Source: Planctomycetota bacterium (GTDB taxonomy: Bacteria; Planctomycetota; UBA8108; SXIK01). From it: a stretch of 64,000 nt of DNA. Positions 46,127 to 54,917 of this stretch are shown here, piece after piece (the first letter of the stretch is position 1; every line of letters starts with the position of its first letter). Location of the stretch: the NCBI GenBank assembly GCA_965223845.1, contig CBDCXR010000004.1, positions 4,928,001 to 4,992,000 of the forward strand, in the 5' to 3' direction. The translations under genes and the position numbers were made by a program. The notes beneath the pieces are model-generated. The model was given only the letters and a program-made list of their open reading frames with translations. It searched no databases and was not told the origin of the DNA.

Positions 46127-47104
46127 TCAGACGTCGGAGACGCAGCTATCGTAGAACTTGACGAATTCGTCGCGCTCGTCGCACGCGCGGACGCGCATCG
46201 CCGCACGTGGGTGCTGATTGAGCAGCCCCGTGATTCCGTAGGGGGTGAGCGCTCCCCATTCGAGCTCATCGCGGAATGGAACGAGCTTCTCCTCGAGCAC
46301 CTTCAAGATCGGCCGGAGCCGGAACTTCGGATTGCGGAGAAACCCTATGAGCAGCTCCATGGGACAATTCCCCGCGCCGCGCCCGAGTCCGTACATCGTC
46401 GCGTCGACGCGATTCGCGCCTTGAATGATCGCCTCGATCGTGTTCGCGAAGGCGAGCTGTTGATTGTTGTGGGTGTGAATTCCGACTTCTTTCCCCGTGC
46501 CCTCGAGAGCCTTTCGGTACTTCTGAACGAGCGCACGGATCTGCTCGTGGTAGAGCGCGCCGTAGCTGTCGACGACGACGACCGTGCCGACGGGCGTGCC
46601 GGCGAGCGTCTCGAGCGCCTGATCGATCTCGGATTCGGCAACCGTCGAGATCGCCATCAGGTTGCACGTCGTCTCGTACCCCTTTTGATGAGCGTCCTCG
46701 ATCATCTCGACCGCGCCGGGAATCTGGTGGACGTAGGTCGCGACTCGAATGCAATCGAGCACGCTCTGATCCTTCGGCAGGATGTCGTCCTTGTAGTCCG
46801 TCTTCCCGACGTCGGCCATCGCCGTGAGCTTCAGGTCCCCCGGATTTTCCCCGACGATGCGGCGGATGTGATCTTCGTCGCAGAACTTCCAGTCACCGAA
46901 CTCGTCGCGCGCGAAGATCCGCTTCGACGCCTTGTAGCCGACCTCCATGTAGTCGATCCCGGCGCTCCGACAGGCGTCGTAGACGGACTTGACGAAGGAA
47001 TCGTCGAACCGGTGGCTGTTGATCAATCCACCGTCGCGAATCGTACAGTCGAGAACCTTGATTTCGGGGCGAAACGTAATCCAGGGTGCGCTTTCAGCAG
47101 TCAT
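46127..47104 (-). CDS. DRE-TIM (HMGL-like) aldolase catalytic-domain protein
   Basis: VLDCTIRDGG, YMEVGY, VDSYG, GIHTHNNQQLAFANT, GLGRGAGNCPME; ATG at 47104. Confidence 0.88.
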   Translation of the reverse strand: MTAESAPWITFRPEIKVLDCTIRDGGLINSHRFDDSFVKSVYDACRSAGIDYMEVGYKASKRIFARDEFGDWKFCDEDHIRRIVGENPGDLKLTAMADVGKTDYKDDILPKDQSVLDCIRVATYVHQIPGAVEMIEDAHQKGYETTCNLMAISTVAESEIDQALETLAGTPVGTVVVVDSYGALYHEQIRALVQKYRKALEGTGKEVGIHTHNNQQLAFANTIEAIIQGANRVDATMYGLGRGAGNCPMELLIGFLRNPKFRLRPILKVLEEKLVPFRDELEWGALTPYGITGLLNQHPRAAMRVRACDERDEFVKFYDSCVSDV

Positions 47105-47297
47105 CGGTCTCGGTGGGTTCTCGGGAAGGTAAAGACCTCGAGCGCGAGCTCCGCGGTGGCTCGAGGCGCGAGCACGGAATGCGGACGGTTCCCCACCCTC
47201 CGCCGAAGCTCGAATCAGGACGATCGGCGATTTTCGCTGAGGCGGAAGCGCGATGCAAGCGCCGCAGCGTCCCGAGCTCAACGCCCGACGAACGATC

Positions 47298-48191
47298 TCA
47301 GTCCGTTCGCCACTCGATCGGGGTCTCGTCCTCGTCCCCTCCGTTCGTCGCCATCACGCCCGCGAGCACCGCGGCGATCACGGCGCAGATCGCAATCGCG
47401 AGGCGAGTGATCGCCCGGCGCCGCGTGGACGAGGTCACCGGCCCCCAGTCTCCTAGTCCGGCGAGACAGGGCACGAATCCGACGAGAAGAAAACTCACGG
47501 CGGGCGCGCGATCGGTCTCGAGCATCTGCATGTAGGTGCCGAGGAGAACGACCTCACCGATGGCGACGACGAGCACACTCGGCGCGGGACCGACTCTCTC
47601 GCCTCGCTTCGTGAGGAGAATCAGCCCGGCCGGCGAGAGCAACAGCAAGAACGAGCCGCTCGCGAGAGCGAACTTCGCGTAGTGGGAAACCCACGCGAGA
47701 CCGCTGACTCCGGCGAGAAAGATGATCAGCACGCCCCACCACGTCGGTCCGGCGATGCGCCGCGAGAAGTCGTCCGTCCAGATGCAAACGATCGCGAGAA
47801 GCAACGCGATGATCGTGCACCAGACGATGCGTACGCCGAGCGTGGGCCACTCACTCGACGCGGTCGGGCCGAGGACGAGCGCCGATATCCCGACCGCTAG
47901 CGCCACGAGGACGCCGATGCGCGTCGCGAGAGTGCGGCGTTCCGAGGCGAGAAACACGGCGGGCAGAAGCGCGATGAGCGCGGCGACGAACGGCTGGTGC
48001 TCCCAGCCCCGCCACCCGGGCCAACCGAGGAGGCCCGCGTGAAGAAAACAGTAGCCGAGCGCGATGGCGACGGCGCTCGCGAAATCCGCGAAGCGGTGCT
48101 CGCTCAGACGTGTACGTACGAGCGTGAATGCGCCGAGCGCCGACGCGCACAGAAGAACTCCGAGAATGAGAACGAGAGTTCGGGTGTCGAT
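47298..48191 (-). CDS. Hypothetical integral membrane protein (possible non-canonical ATC start)
   Basis: The frame of ORF 47298..47957 stays open with hydrophobic helices up to an ATC at 48191, 8 nt after GAGGAG. Confidence 0.6.
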   Translation of the reverse strand: MDTRTLVLILGVLLCASALGAFTLVRTRLSEHRFADFASAVAIALGYCFLHAGLLGWPGWRGWEHQPFVAALIALLPAVFLASERRTLATRIGVLVALAVGISALVLGPTASSEWPTLGVRIVWCTIIALLLAIVCIWTDDFSRRIAGPTWWGVLIIFLAGVSGLAWVSHYAKFALASGSFLLLLSPAGLILLTKRGERVGPAPSVLVVAIGEVVLLGTYMQMLETDRAPAVSFLLVGFVPCLAGLGDWGPVTSSTRRRAITRLAIAICAVIAAVLAGVMATNGGDEDETPIEWRTD

Positions 48192-48228
48192 GGAGCTCGC
48201 TCCTCACTCACTCCCGCCGCCGAGCGTG

Positions 48229-48846
48229 TCACTCCGCCTTTACGCCGGTCAGCCCCATGCTGACGGTGACCGTATCGCCGAGGGCGCCGGCGCCGAACTC
48301 GATCCCGAACGCCTTGCGATCGATCTCGATCGTTCCGTCGAAACCACTCCGGAGTCCGCCGCGCCCTTCGACCTGCCCGCCGTAGAGGACGGTGGCCGTG
48401 ACATCCTTTGTCACACCGCGCAGAGTCAGTTTTCCCTTCACAGCGAACGTTTTCTTTTCGACGAGTTTCGCTTCCGTGCTCACGAAGCGCGCTTCTGGAT
48501 GTTCCTTCGCGCTGAAGAAATCGGCGCTCCGAAGGTGCCCGTCGCGGCGTTCGTTGCCGGTATCGACACTCGCCATCTGAACGCGGAGGTCGAACTGCAT
48601 CGACTCGGGCTTCGCGTCGTCGATCGAGAACGATCCGGAGAACTTGTTGAATCGTCCGACGAAAGTCGACACGCCGGAGTAGCGGATCTTGAAGACGAGC
48701 GATGAATGAACGGGATCGACCGAGAAGTTCGCGGCATCGGGCGAGGTGACCGCCGCAGCCGGCGCGGGCCGCGCTGAGGTATCGATCACCACCCAGATCG
48801 ACGCCGCTAACGCGCAGGCGACTCCCAGAACAAATGAACGCGACAT
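48229..48846 (-). CDS. YceI family lipid/polyisoprenoid-binding protein
   Basis: VDPVHSSLVF, GRFNKFSG, SVDTGNERRDGHLRSADFF, GKLTLRGVTK, IDRKAFG. Confidence 0.92.
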   Translation of the reverse strand: MSRSFVLGVACALAASIWVVIDTSARPAPAAAVTSPDAANFSVDPVHSSLVFKIRYSGVSTFVGRFNKFSGSFSIDDAKPESMQFDLRVQMASVDTGNERRDGHLRSADFFSAKEHPEARFVSTEAKLVEKKTFAVKGKLTLRGVTKDVTATVLYGGQVEGRGGLRSGFDGTIEIDRKAFGIEFGAGALGDTVTVSMGLTGVKAE

Positions 48847-49108
48847 GGAGAGTCCTTTCTTTTCGTGGGCGGCTCGGAGTTCGCTCCGTCCTTGCGTCGT
48901 GCTTCGCGATCGCGTACCAGCGTCGAGGACGCCGATCAGTATACCGCAATCGTTCGTGCGGACGGGGCGCTAGATGGGCGCGCGGATTCGAGAGGCGGCG
49001 ATTCCGCCGATCGGCAACTCTCACCGACTTCTCGGGTCGCGTGCGGTATAGTATGCGCCGCGGCGCCGACGGCGAGCGCTCGCGGAGGACCGTACCCGAG
49101 GAAACCGG

Positions 49109-49765
49109 ATGTCAGAGGAGACGGAAACCGAGCGCCGAGTCGAACAGCTCGCGGCGGAAGCGCGCGAGGCGGGCCGTGAGGGGCTCGTCGTCTCGACGAG
49201 TGGAAACTTCAGCGTTCGGCTCGATCGCGAACGGTTCGCGATCAGCGCGGCGCGGACTCGGCTTGCGCACCTTCAACCCGACGAGCTCGTGGTGGTCGAC
49301 ATCGCCGGATCGCCGCGCCCTCGGGGTGCCTCGTCGGAATCGTCGTTTCGGCCTTCGCGCGAGACGCCGATGCACCGCGCGGTCTACGCCGCGGATCCGT
49401 CGGTCGGTAGTCTTCTCCACTGCCAGTCGCCCTTCGCGACGCTCCTCGCCTGCCGCGGTGGGCCCGTGGATCTCGACTTCATCCCCGAGTATCCAGTCTA
49501 CGTGCGGAAGTTCGCGACCGTGCCGTACCTCCCCCCGGGAAGCGAGCAGCTCGCGACGGCAGTTAGCGACGCGTTCTCCGATCCCGATGTTCGCGTTGTT
49601 CAACTCGGGAACCACGGTCAGATCGTGCGTGGCGACAGTCCTCCGCAGTGCGTCGAGCGCGCGGTGTTTTTCGAGCTCGCGTGCCGAATCCATGTCGCCT
49701 CCGAGCCGGGGCCCGCGCTTCGGCGCTACTCCGCCGCCGAGCTCGACGAACTCCGCTCGTACTGA
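49109..49765 (+). CDS. Class II aldolase/adducin family protein
   Basis: STSGNFSVR, PSRETPMHRAVY, LLHCQSP, VPYLPPGSEQLA, LGNHG. Confidence 0.88.
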   Translation: MSEETETERRVEQLAAEAREAGREGLVVSTSGNFSVRLDRERFAISAARTRLAHLQPDELVVVDIAGSPRPRGASSESSFRPSRETPMHRAVYAADPSVGSLLHCQSPFATLLACRGGPVDLDFIPEYPVYVRKFATVPYLPPGSEQLATAVSDAFSDPDVRVVQLGNHGQIVRGDSPPQCVERAVFFELACRIHVASEPGPALRRYSAAELDELRSY

Positions 49766-49815
49766 ACTTGCGGCCGTTCGAAATCCGAAGAATCGTTCGA
49801 AGTGAAAGAGAACTC

Positions 49816-52644
49816 GTGATTAGACGCTGCAACTCCGCTCGCGCTCGCTGGCGCCGTCGTTTTGCCGTCCTCCTAGCCGCAGTCGCGGTGTCGCTCGGCG
49901 CCCGACCGGAGACGATCCCGGCCGAGGAACGGGCGGAAACCGAGCCCGCAACGCGGGGCGGAATTCTGCCGCTCACGCCGGTCGAGCGCCTTCGTTACTT
50001 CCTCGACAACCTCGGCGAGGTCGAGACCGGGGTCGCCTACCGCTCGCGCCTTCCTTCGGTCGATCTCGTCCAGTTTCTCGCCGAGCGAGCCAATGTTCGC
50101 CACGTCGTCAACTTTCGCGGCAAGGTCAGCGACGACGTGAAGGAGTACATCGAGTCCCTCGGCGGCACGTACACGAACATCCGCATGTCGGCCAGCCGAC
50201 CGCCGAAGCCGCGTCAAATCCTCGAGCTCATCCGCTTGACGTTGCGCGCGGAGGAAGAGGAGAACGCGATGCTCTTCCACTGCCGCGGCGGCGCCGACCG
50301 GACCGGGATGATGACGGCAGCGTGGCGGATGTTGTTTCAGGGAGCACTCGATCGAAAAACGCTCAAGGATGAGACCCTCACGCATCTCCACATCCCGCCG
50401 GCTCACCCGAACGTGCACAAGTTCATCGACATCTTCCCCGCGGAGCTCTTTCTCCCGTTCGTCGAAAACCCCGCGCTTCTCGACGACGAGGAACGCATCC
50501 GGGAGCTCGAGGCCAAGTTCTACGATCAGTATCCCCTCCATTCGGGTTCGACGACGATGACGACCGGGACGCTCCGCGCCGGCGCGTTCAAGGTCGATCT
50601 GCTCTCCGAGTGGAACGGTCCGATCCAGATGGCGACTTACGGTGCGTATCCAGGACCGTCGAAGGGGATTCTCGATCCGGTCTACACGCGCGCACTCGTT
50701 CTCGAGAACGACGAGACTCGCATCGCGCTCGTGTCGTGTGATCTCCTCATCATCGACGCGGAGCTGCGCCGGCGGGTCGACGTCCGTGTCGCCGAGTTGG
50801 GAATCGAGCTCGACGACCTTCTCCTCGGGGCGACGCACACCCACACGAGCATCGGCGGCTGGATCGATCACCCGATCTACGAGCTCTACATGTTCGGCCA
50901 GTTCGACGAGAGAATCCTCGATCATCTCGTCGAACGGATCGCGGAGTCGATCGCCGGCGCGGTCCGCGAGCTGAAGCCGGCTCGACTCGGCACTGGATCC
51001 GCGACCGCACCGCGAATGAATCGCAATCGGCGCATCGGGACGGTGACCGACTCGCAAGTCGGCATCGTACGGGTGACCGACGCGTCCGGTGCGCCGCTGG
51101 CGACCGTCGTTCACTACACCGCACATCCCGTCATCGCACCGAAGACCGGCGAGATCTCCGGTGACTTCCCCGGAGCGCTCGCACGCCGTATCGACGAGCG
51201 CCACGGCGTCGGCCTTTTCTTCGCCGGCGCTCTCGGCGACATCAATGCGCGACCGAAACCTCCGCCCGAGAAGGTAGGACAGAAATTCACGCGCGTCGAA
51301 CGCGTCGAGTACATGGGAAAGCTCCTGTTCGAGACGGTTGCGGCTGCCATCGAGTCGATCCCGACCGAGGATTCGATCGTCCTCGGCTCGATGACGATTC
51401 ACTTCGATCTCCCGCCGTTCAAGATCGCACTCGTTCCCGATCTCTTCTTTCCGCTTCACTGGCTCGCCGCCGGCGCGATCCGTTGGCCGCGGTACGCGCC
51501 GCTGCAAGCCGTTCGGCTCGGCGACGCCGCGATCATCGCGACGGCATCGGAGATGGCCGTGCGCTTCGGGCTCGAGCTTCGCCGGCGCAGTCCCGCCTCG
51601 CCGACGTTCCTCGTGACACACGCGAACGCCTACGCGGGCTATGCGCTCACACAGGTCAACTACGCGAAGCGAAAGATCGACCCGGCGAGTACGGTCGCGC
51701 TCAACGGACCGACTCACGGCCGCGACGTCCTCCACGCGGGACTGCGTCTCATCCAGACACTCTGGGAACTCGATCCCGACGCGATCGATCCCGAAGAGCC
51801 GTTCGGCAGTGCTGGGTTCGGCGACGAGCCGCCGCCGGTGTCCCCGACCCTCCCCCAGACGAGGCGACCGGAAGCGCGCACGGGAGACGGCGTTCCGGAC
51901 GTTGGGCGGAGCTCGGTCGCGTTTCGATATCGGACCGGGCTTCGGGGCGGACATCGCGTCCGGGGCCGACGCCGGGAGACCTCCGCGCGCGCGTCCGTCG
52001 CGACAGTCGGCGATGTTCGGCTGGACGCCGGGATCGGCTACGTCGACTCGTCGTGGCGAACGAGCCAGGGCGGCGGGGACGACAGCGGCTTCTCCGATCT
52101 CACCCTCGGGGCGGAGCGTGCATTCACCCTCGTCGAACGACCGTCGACGGGGAACGGGCTGCGCGTCTCTCCACGCATCGCCCTCTCACTCCCGACCGGA
52201 GCGAGTGATCGCACCGCACCGTTCGACTTCGCCGCGGGCACGGGCGTTTGGCGCCCTCACCTCGGCTCCGGGTTCGAATTCACGTGGAACACTTACCGCA
52301 CGTTCGCGTGGGATTCGATCTACACGACGAGTCTCGACCGAAGCGCGGGCAGGCGGCCGGGCGATCGGTGGGAGAACGAGATCGTCTACACCGAGCGCCA
52401 TGGAACCGTGTCACTCCTTCTCGGACTCCGCGGCGAGCTTCGGCTCAAGGATCTCCGCCGCGGCGGCCGAGCGGAGGTCGACATCCGCTCGACGAGCTTC
52501 GACCTCGGGCTCCGCCCCGGCATCAACGTGCACTTCGGTGAGCACGCCGAAGGATTCGTACTCGGGACCGTCGGGCTTCTTCGCTCGGGAAGCGGAGGTG
52601 GGCAGGGCGACGGGTTCGAGGTCGGTGTAGTGCTCGGGTTCTAG
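49816..52644 (+). CDS. Fusion: CX5R protein-tyrosine/dual-specificity-type phosphatase + neutral/alkaline ceramidase-like domain + C-terminal outer-membrane beta-barrel
   Basis: Signal peptide after GTG 49816; YRS...VVNFRG...HCRGGADRTG; DPVYTRALVL, ATHTHT, YTAHP, SGDFPG, GALGDINA; Pro-rich linker; SGFSDL...LSLPTG...GTG; ends VGVVLGF. Confidence 0.78.
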   Translation: MIRRCNSARARWRRRFAVLLAAVAVSLGARPETIPAEERAETEPATRGGILPLTPVERLRYFLDNLGEVETGVAYRSRLPSVDLVQFLAERANVRHVVNFRGKVSDDVKEYIESLGGTYTNIRMSASRPPKPRQILELIRLTLRAEEEENAMLFHCRGGADRTGMMTAAWRMLFQGALDRKTLKDETLTHLHIPPAHPNVHKFIDIFPAELFLPFVENPALLDDEERIRELEAKFYDQYPLHSGSTTMTTGTLRAGAFKVDLLSEWNGPIQMATYGAYPGPSKGILDPVYTRALVLENDETRIALVSCDLLIIDAELRRRVDVRVAELGIELDDLLLGATHTHTSIGGWIDHPIYELYMFGQFDERILDHLVERIAESIAGAVRELKPARLGTGSATAPRMNRNRRIGTVTDSQVGIVRVTDASGAPLATVVHYTAHPVIAPKTGEISGDFPGALARRIDERHGVGLFFAGALGDINARPKPPPEKVGQKFTRVERVEYMGKLLFETVAAAIESIPTEDSIVLGSMTIHFDLPPFKIALVPDLFFPLHWLAAGAIRWPRYAPLQAVRLGDAAIIATASEMAVRFGLELRRRSPASPTFLVTHANAYAGYALTQVNYAKRKIDPASTVALNGPTHGRDVLHAGLRLIQTLWELDPDAIDPEEPFGSAGFGDEPPPVSPTLPQTRRPEARTGDGVPDVGRSSVAFRYRTGLRGGHRVRGRRRETSARASVATVGDVRLDAGIGYVDSSWRTSQGGGDDSGFSDLTLGAERAFTLVERPSTGNGLRVSPRIALSLPTGASDRTAPFDFAAGTGVWRPHLGSGFEFTWNTYRTFAWDSIYTTSLDRSAGRRPGDRWENEIVYTERHGTVSLLLGLRGELRLKDLRRGGRAEVDIRSTSFDLGLRPGINVHFGEHAEGFVLGTVGLLRSGSGGGQGDGFEVGVVLGF

Positions 52645-52762
52645 CGAGCTGAATCGTTCGAGCTTCCGACGATGGCGGTGCGCACGAAACCTAGCGAGCG
52701 TGGCCACTCGCTCACTTCAGGGCCTCTCTCCATCGCGGACGATGCTGCCCGAAACTTCGTCG

Positions 52763-54844
52763 CTAGCGCGCCGCGCGCCGGCGAAGCGCGTGCCAGATCG
52801 ACTCGAACTGTCGATGCGCGTCACCGCCGAGGACTTCGGGAAGGGACGATCGACCTTCCGGCGCAAACTGGGGCATCTTCGTCTCCGGATCGATGCGCAG
52901 AGGGTCGCGCATCCAGCGGTGATAGAACTCGTGGCGCAGACGGGCGGGAAGATCGCGGAGGTCCGGTCCCTTCGCGTCGAAAACACCCTCCGCCTTGACG
53001 CCACCGAGATCGTGACACGTCGCGCACGCGAATCCGTCGGTCGGCTGGATGAGTTGATCTCCCACGCTCGCGAGCTCCGCGTCGATCGCGGGGCCGGCGG
53101 GCGGAGTCACGCTCACCCCGTGTCCGAGCGCGAGCCCCTCCGCGAGAAGGCCCGCGGGCCCCGTAAACTTCGGCATCCTCGAGCCGAGCCACGGACGGAT
53201 GAGACGAGTTTCGACGTCCGTCGATACGACCGTCGCAAGCCAGTCGGGGTGCAGCTTCTCACCGGCCCACGTGAGCGTAGGGCGAAGCTGAATCAGCTTC
53301 GGTTCGCCGGCCTCGTCGACGAGCTCTTCGCCTCCGCTCGCGTCCTCGAGCGTCGACCAGGCGTCGGAAAGGCCGTCGCGGCGGTGACACGACGTGCAGC
53401 GCATCCGGGCGATGTGCCGTTCGGCGAACTCCACCGGAGCGACGCGATGAAGCGACGCGACATCGTCCGCGGCGAACGCGCGGAGCGCCGCGCGGTCCGT
53501 CTCGTTGAAGCCGAAATCCGGCGCGGACGCGCGAGTCTCGTTCGACGCCGACAAACAACCGGCCGTCATGGCGCCGCTGAGTACGGCCGTCAGGGGAGGA
53601 GCCGCTTCCGGCGGAGTCGATTCCTCGGAATGACACGCGCGACATCCTAGTTCGGCGAAGAATCTCTCGCCGCGCTCGGAATCGCCCCCGAGGACACCCA
53701 GCTCGGGCGAGCCTCCCGTCGTCCCGATGAGAAACGAGGCCAGATCCTCGGCGTCGGGAACCGACAGTCCGAGGTCGGGCATCCGCGACGACCGCGAGAA
53801 GCGATGCGGATCGAGCAGGAATCGCGTCAGCCCTTCTCGCTTCCACTTCGCCCCCACATGTGCGAGCGATCGACGCCCGTGGAGGTCCCGATCGTCCGCC
53901 GCCTCGAGCCGGTGGCAAGCGACACAACCGAGCTCGGCGAAGCGCTCGGCCCCGCGATCTGAATCGCCCGAATGACGTTTCAGTACGACCGGCGGATCCG
54001 ATGAAGCAGCGAGGACGGTGCGGGTAGCGAGATACGCGACGATGTCCTTTGCGGCAGTGTCCATGCCGGAGTCGGCCGGCGCGCCGTGAACCACGCGCGG
54101 CATGGTCGCATCCGAAAGCATGGACCGAGGCGAGCTGATCCAGCGTGCGATCCAGCCGGCATGGAGGCGGGAGACGATCCCATCGAGCAGAGGCGCGGTA
54201 TAACCGAGCTCCGGCATCGCGCGCACGCGAGCCTTGGACGACAGACGGTGGCACGCCAGGCATCGACGCGAAGCGACGAGCTCGCGTCCTCGGCGCACCA
54301 GCGTCCGATTGGCGAGAAGCTCGTGCGACGGGTCGTGACGCAGGAAGCGCGGTGGGACGGGCTCGGTGCCGAAATCAAACGACGACCACAAAATGCGAAA
54401 CCATGCGTCCCCTTCCGGCGGACTCTCGTAGCGAACAACGAAGCGCCGCGGCCCCTCCTCGAGCTCGACCTCCTTCGACGCGATCTTCGCCAGATCCCCA
54501 CTCGTCCGCGGCAGAACGCTTTCGCCATCGATCTCGAGCTCCAATGTTCCGGCACCTTCGGCCGAGAAGGTGTAATCGTCGAAGAAGTCGACGAGAAGAT
54601 AGCCTTCGAACGTCGCTCGAAAACGCCCGGGGGAGAGAAACGGCGTCGGAGCCTCGCCGTCCGGAACGCGGAGCGCGAGAAGTCGAGACGCTCGGGCGTC
54701 CCGTCGGGGCGGTGCGCCGGATTCGCTCGAGCGTTCGAACGTGACCGCGACCCCCCGCCCGAGCTCGTTCGACTCGGCGAGAAGCGAAGCGGGGACATTC
54801 GCGATGACCGCGACGAAGATGGAGCTTGCGAGGTGGGTACGCAC
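52763..54844 (-). CDS. Secreted multiheme c-type cytochrome (5 CxxCH) with N-terminal PA14-like domain
   Basis: Signal peptide; FRATFEGYL...YTFSAEG...LEIDG...ILWSS (PA14-like); CLACH, CVACH, CRACH, CTSCH, CATCH. Confidence 0.85.
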   Translation of the reverse strand: MRTHLASSIFVAVIANVPASLLAESNELGRGVAVTFERSSESGAPPRRDARASRLLALRVPDGEAPTPFLSPGRFRATFEGYLLVDFFDDYTFSAEGAGTLELEIDGESVLPRTSGDLAKIASKEVELEEGPRRFVVRYESPPEGDAWFRILWSSFDFGTEPVPPRFLRHDPSHELLANRTLVRRGRELVASRRCLACHRLSSKARVRAMPELGYTAPLLDGIVSRLHAGWIARWISSPRSMLSDATMPRVVHGAPADSGMDTAAKDIVAYLATRTVLAASSDPPVVLKRHSGDSDRGAERFAELGCVACHRLEAADDRDLHGRRSLAHVGAKWKREGLTRFLLDPHRFSRSSRMPDLGLSVPDAEDLASFLIGTTGGSPELGVLGGDSERGERFFAELGCRACHSEESTPPEAAPPLTAVLSGAMTAGCLSASNETRASAPDFGFNETDRAALRAFAADDVASLHRVAPVEFAERHIARMRCTSCHRRDGLSDAWSTLEDASGGEELVDEAGEPKLIQLRPTLTWAGEKLHPDWLATVVSTDVETRLIRPWLGSRMPKFTGPAGLLAEGLALGHGVSVTPPAGPAIDAELASVGDQLIQPTDGFACATCHDLGGVKAEGVFDAKGPDLRDLPARLRHEFYHRWMRDPLRIDPETKMPQFAPEGRSSLPEVLGGDAHRQFESIWHALRRRAAR

Positions 54845-54917
54845 GGGCAGCCCGGATCACGGTCTCGGAGGCGGTGGCGATCGCGGCGGTACTCTGCCGC
54901 GCGGACTCGTCTCCAGT

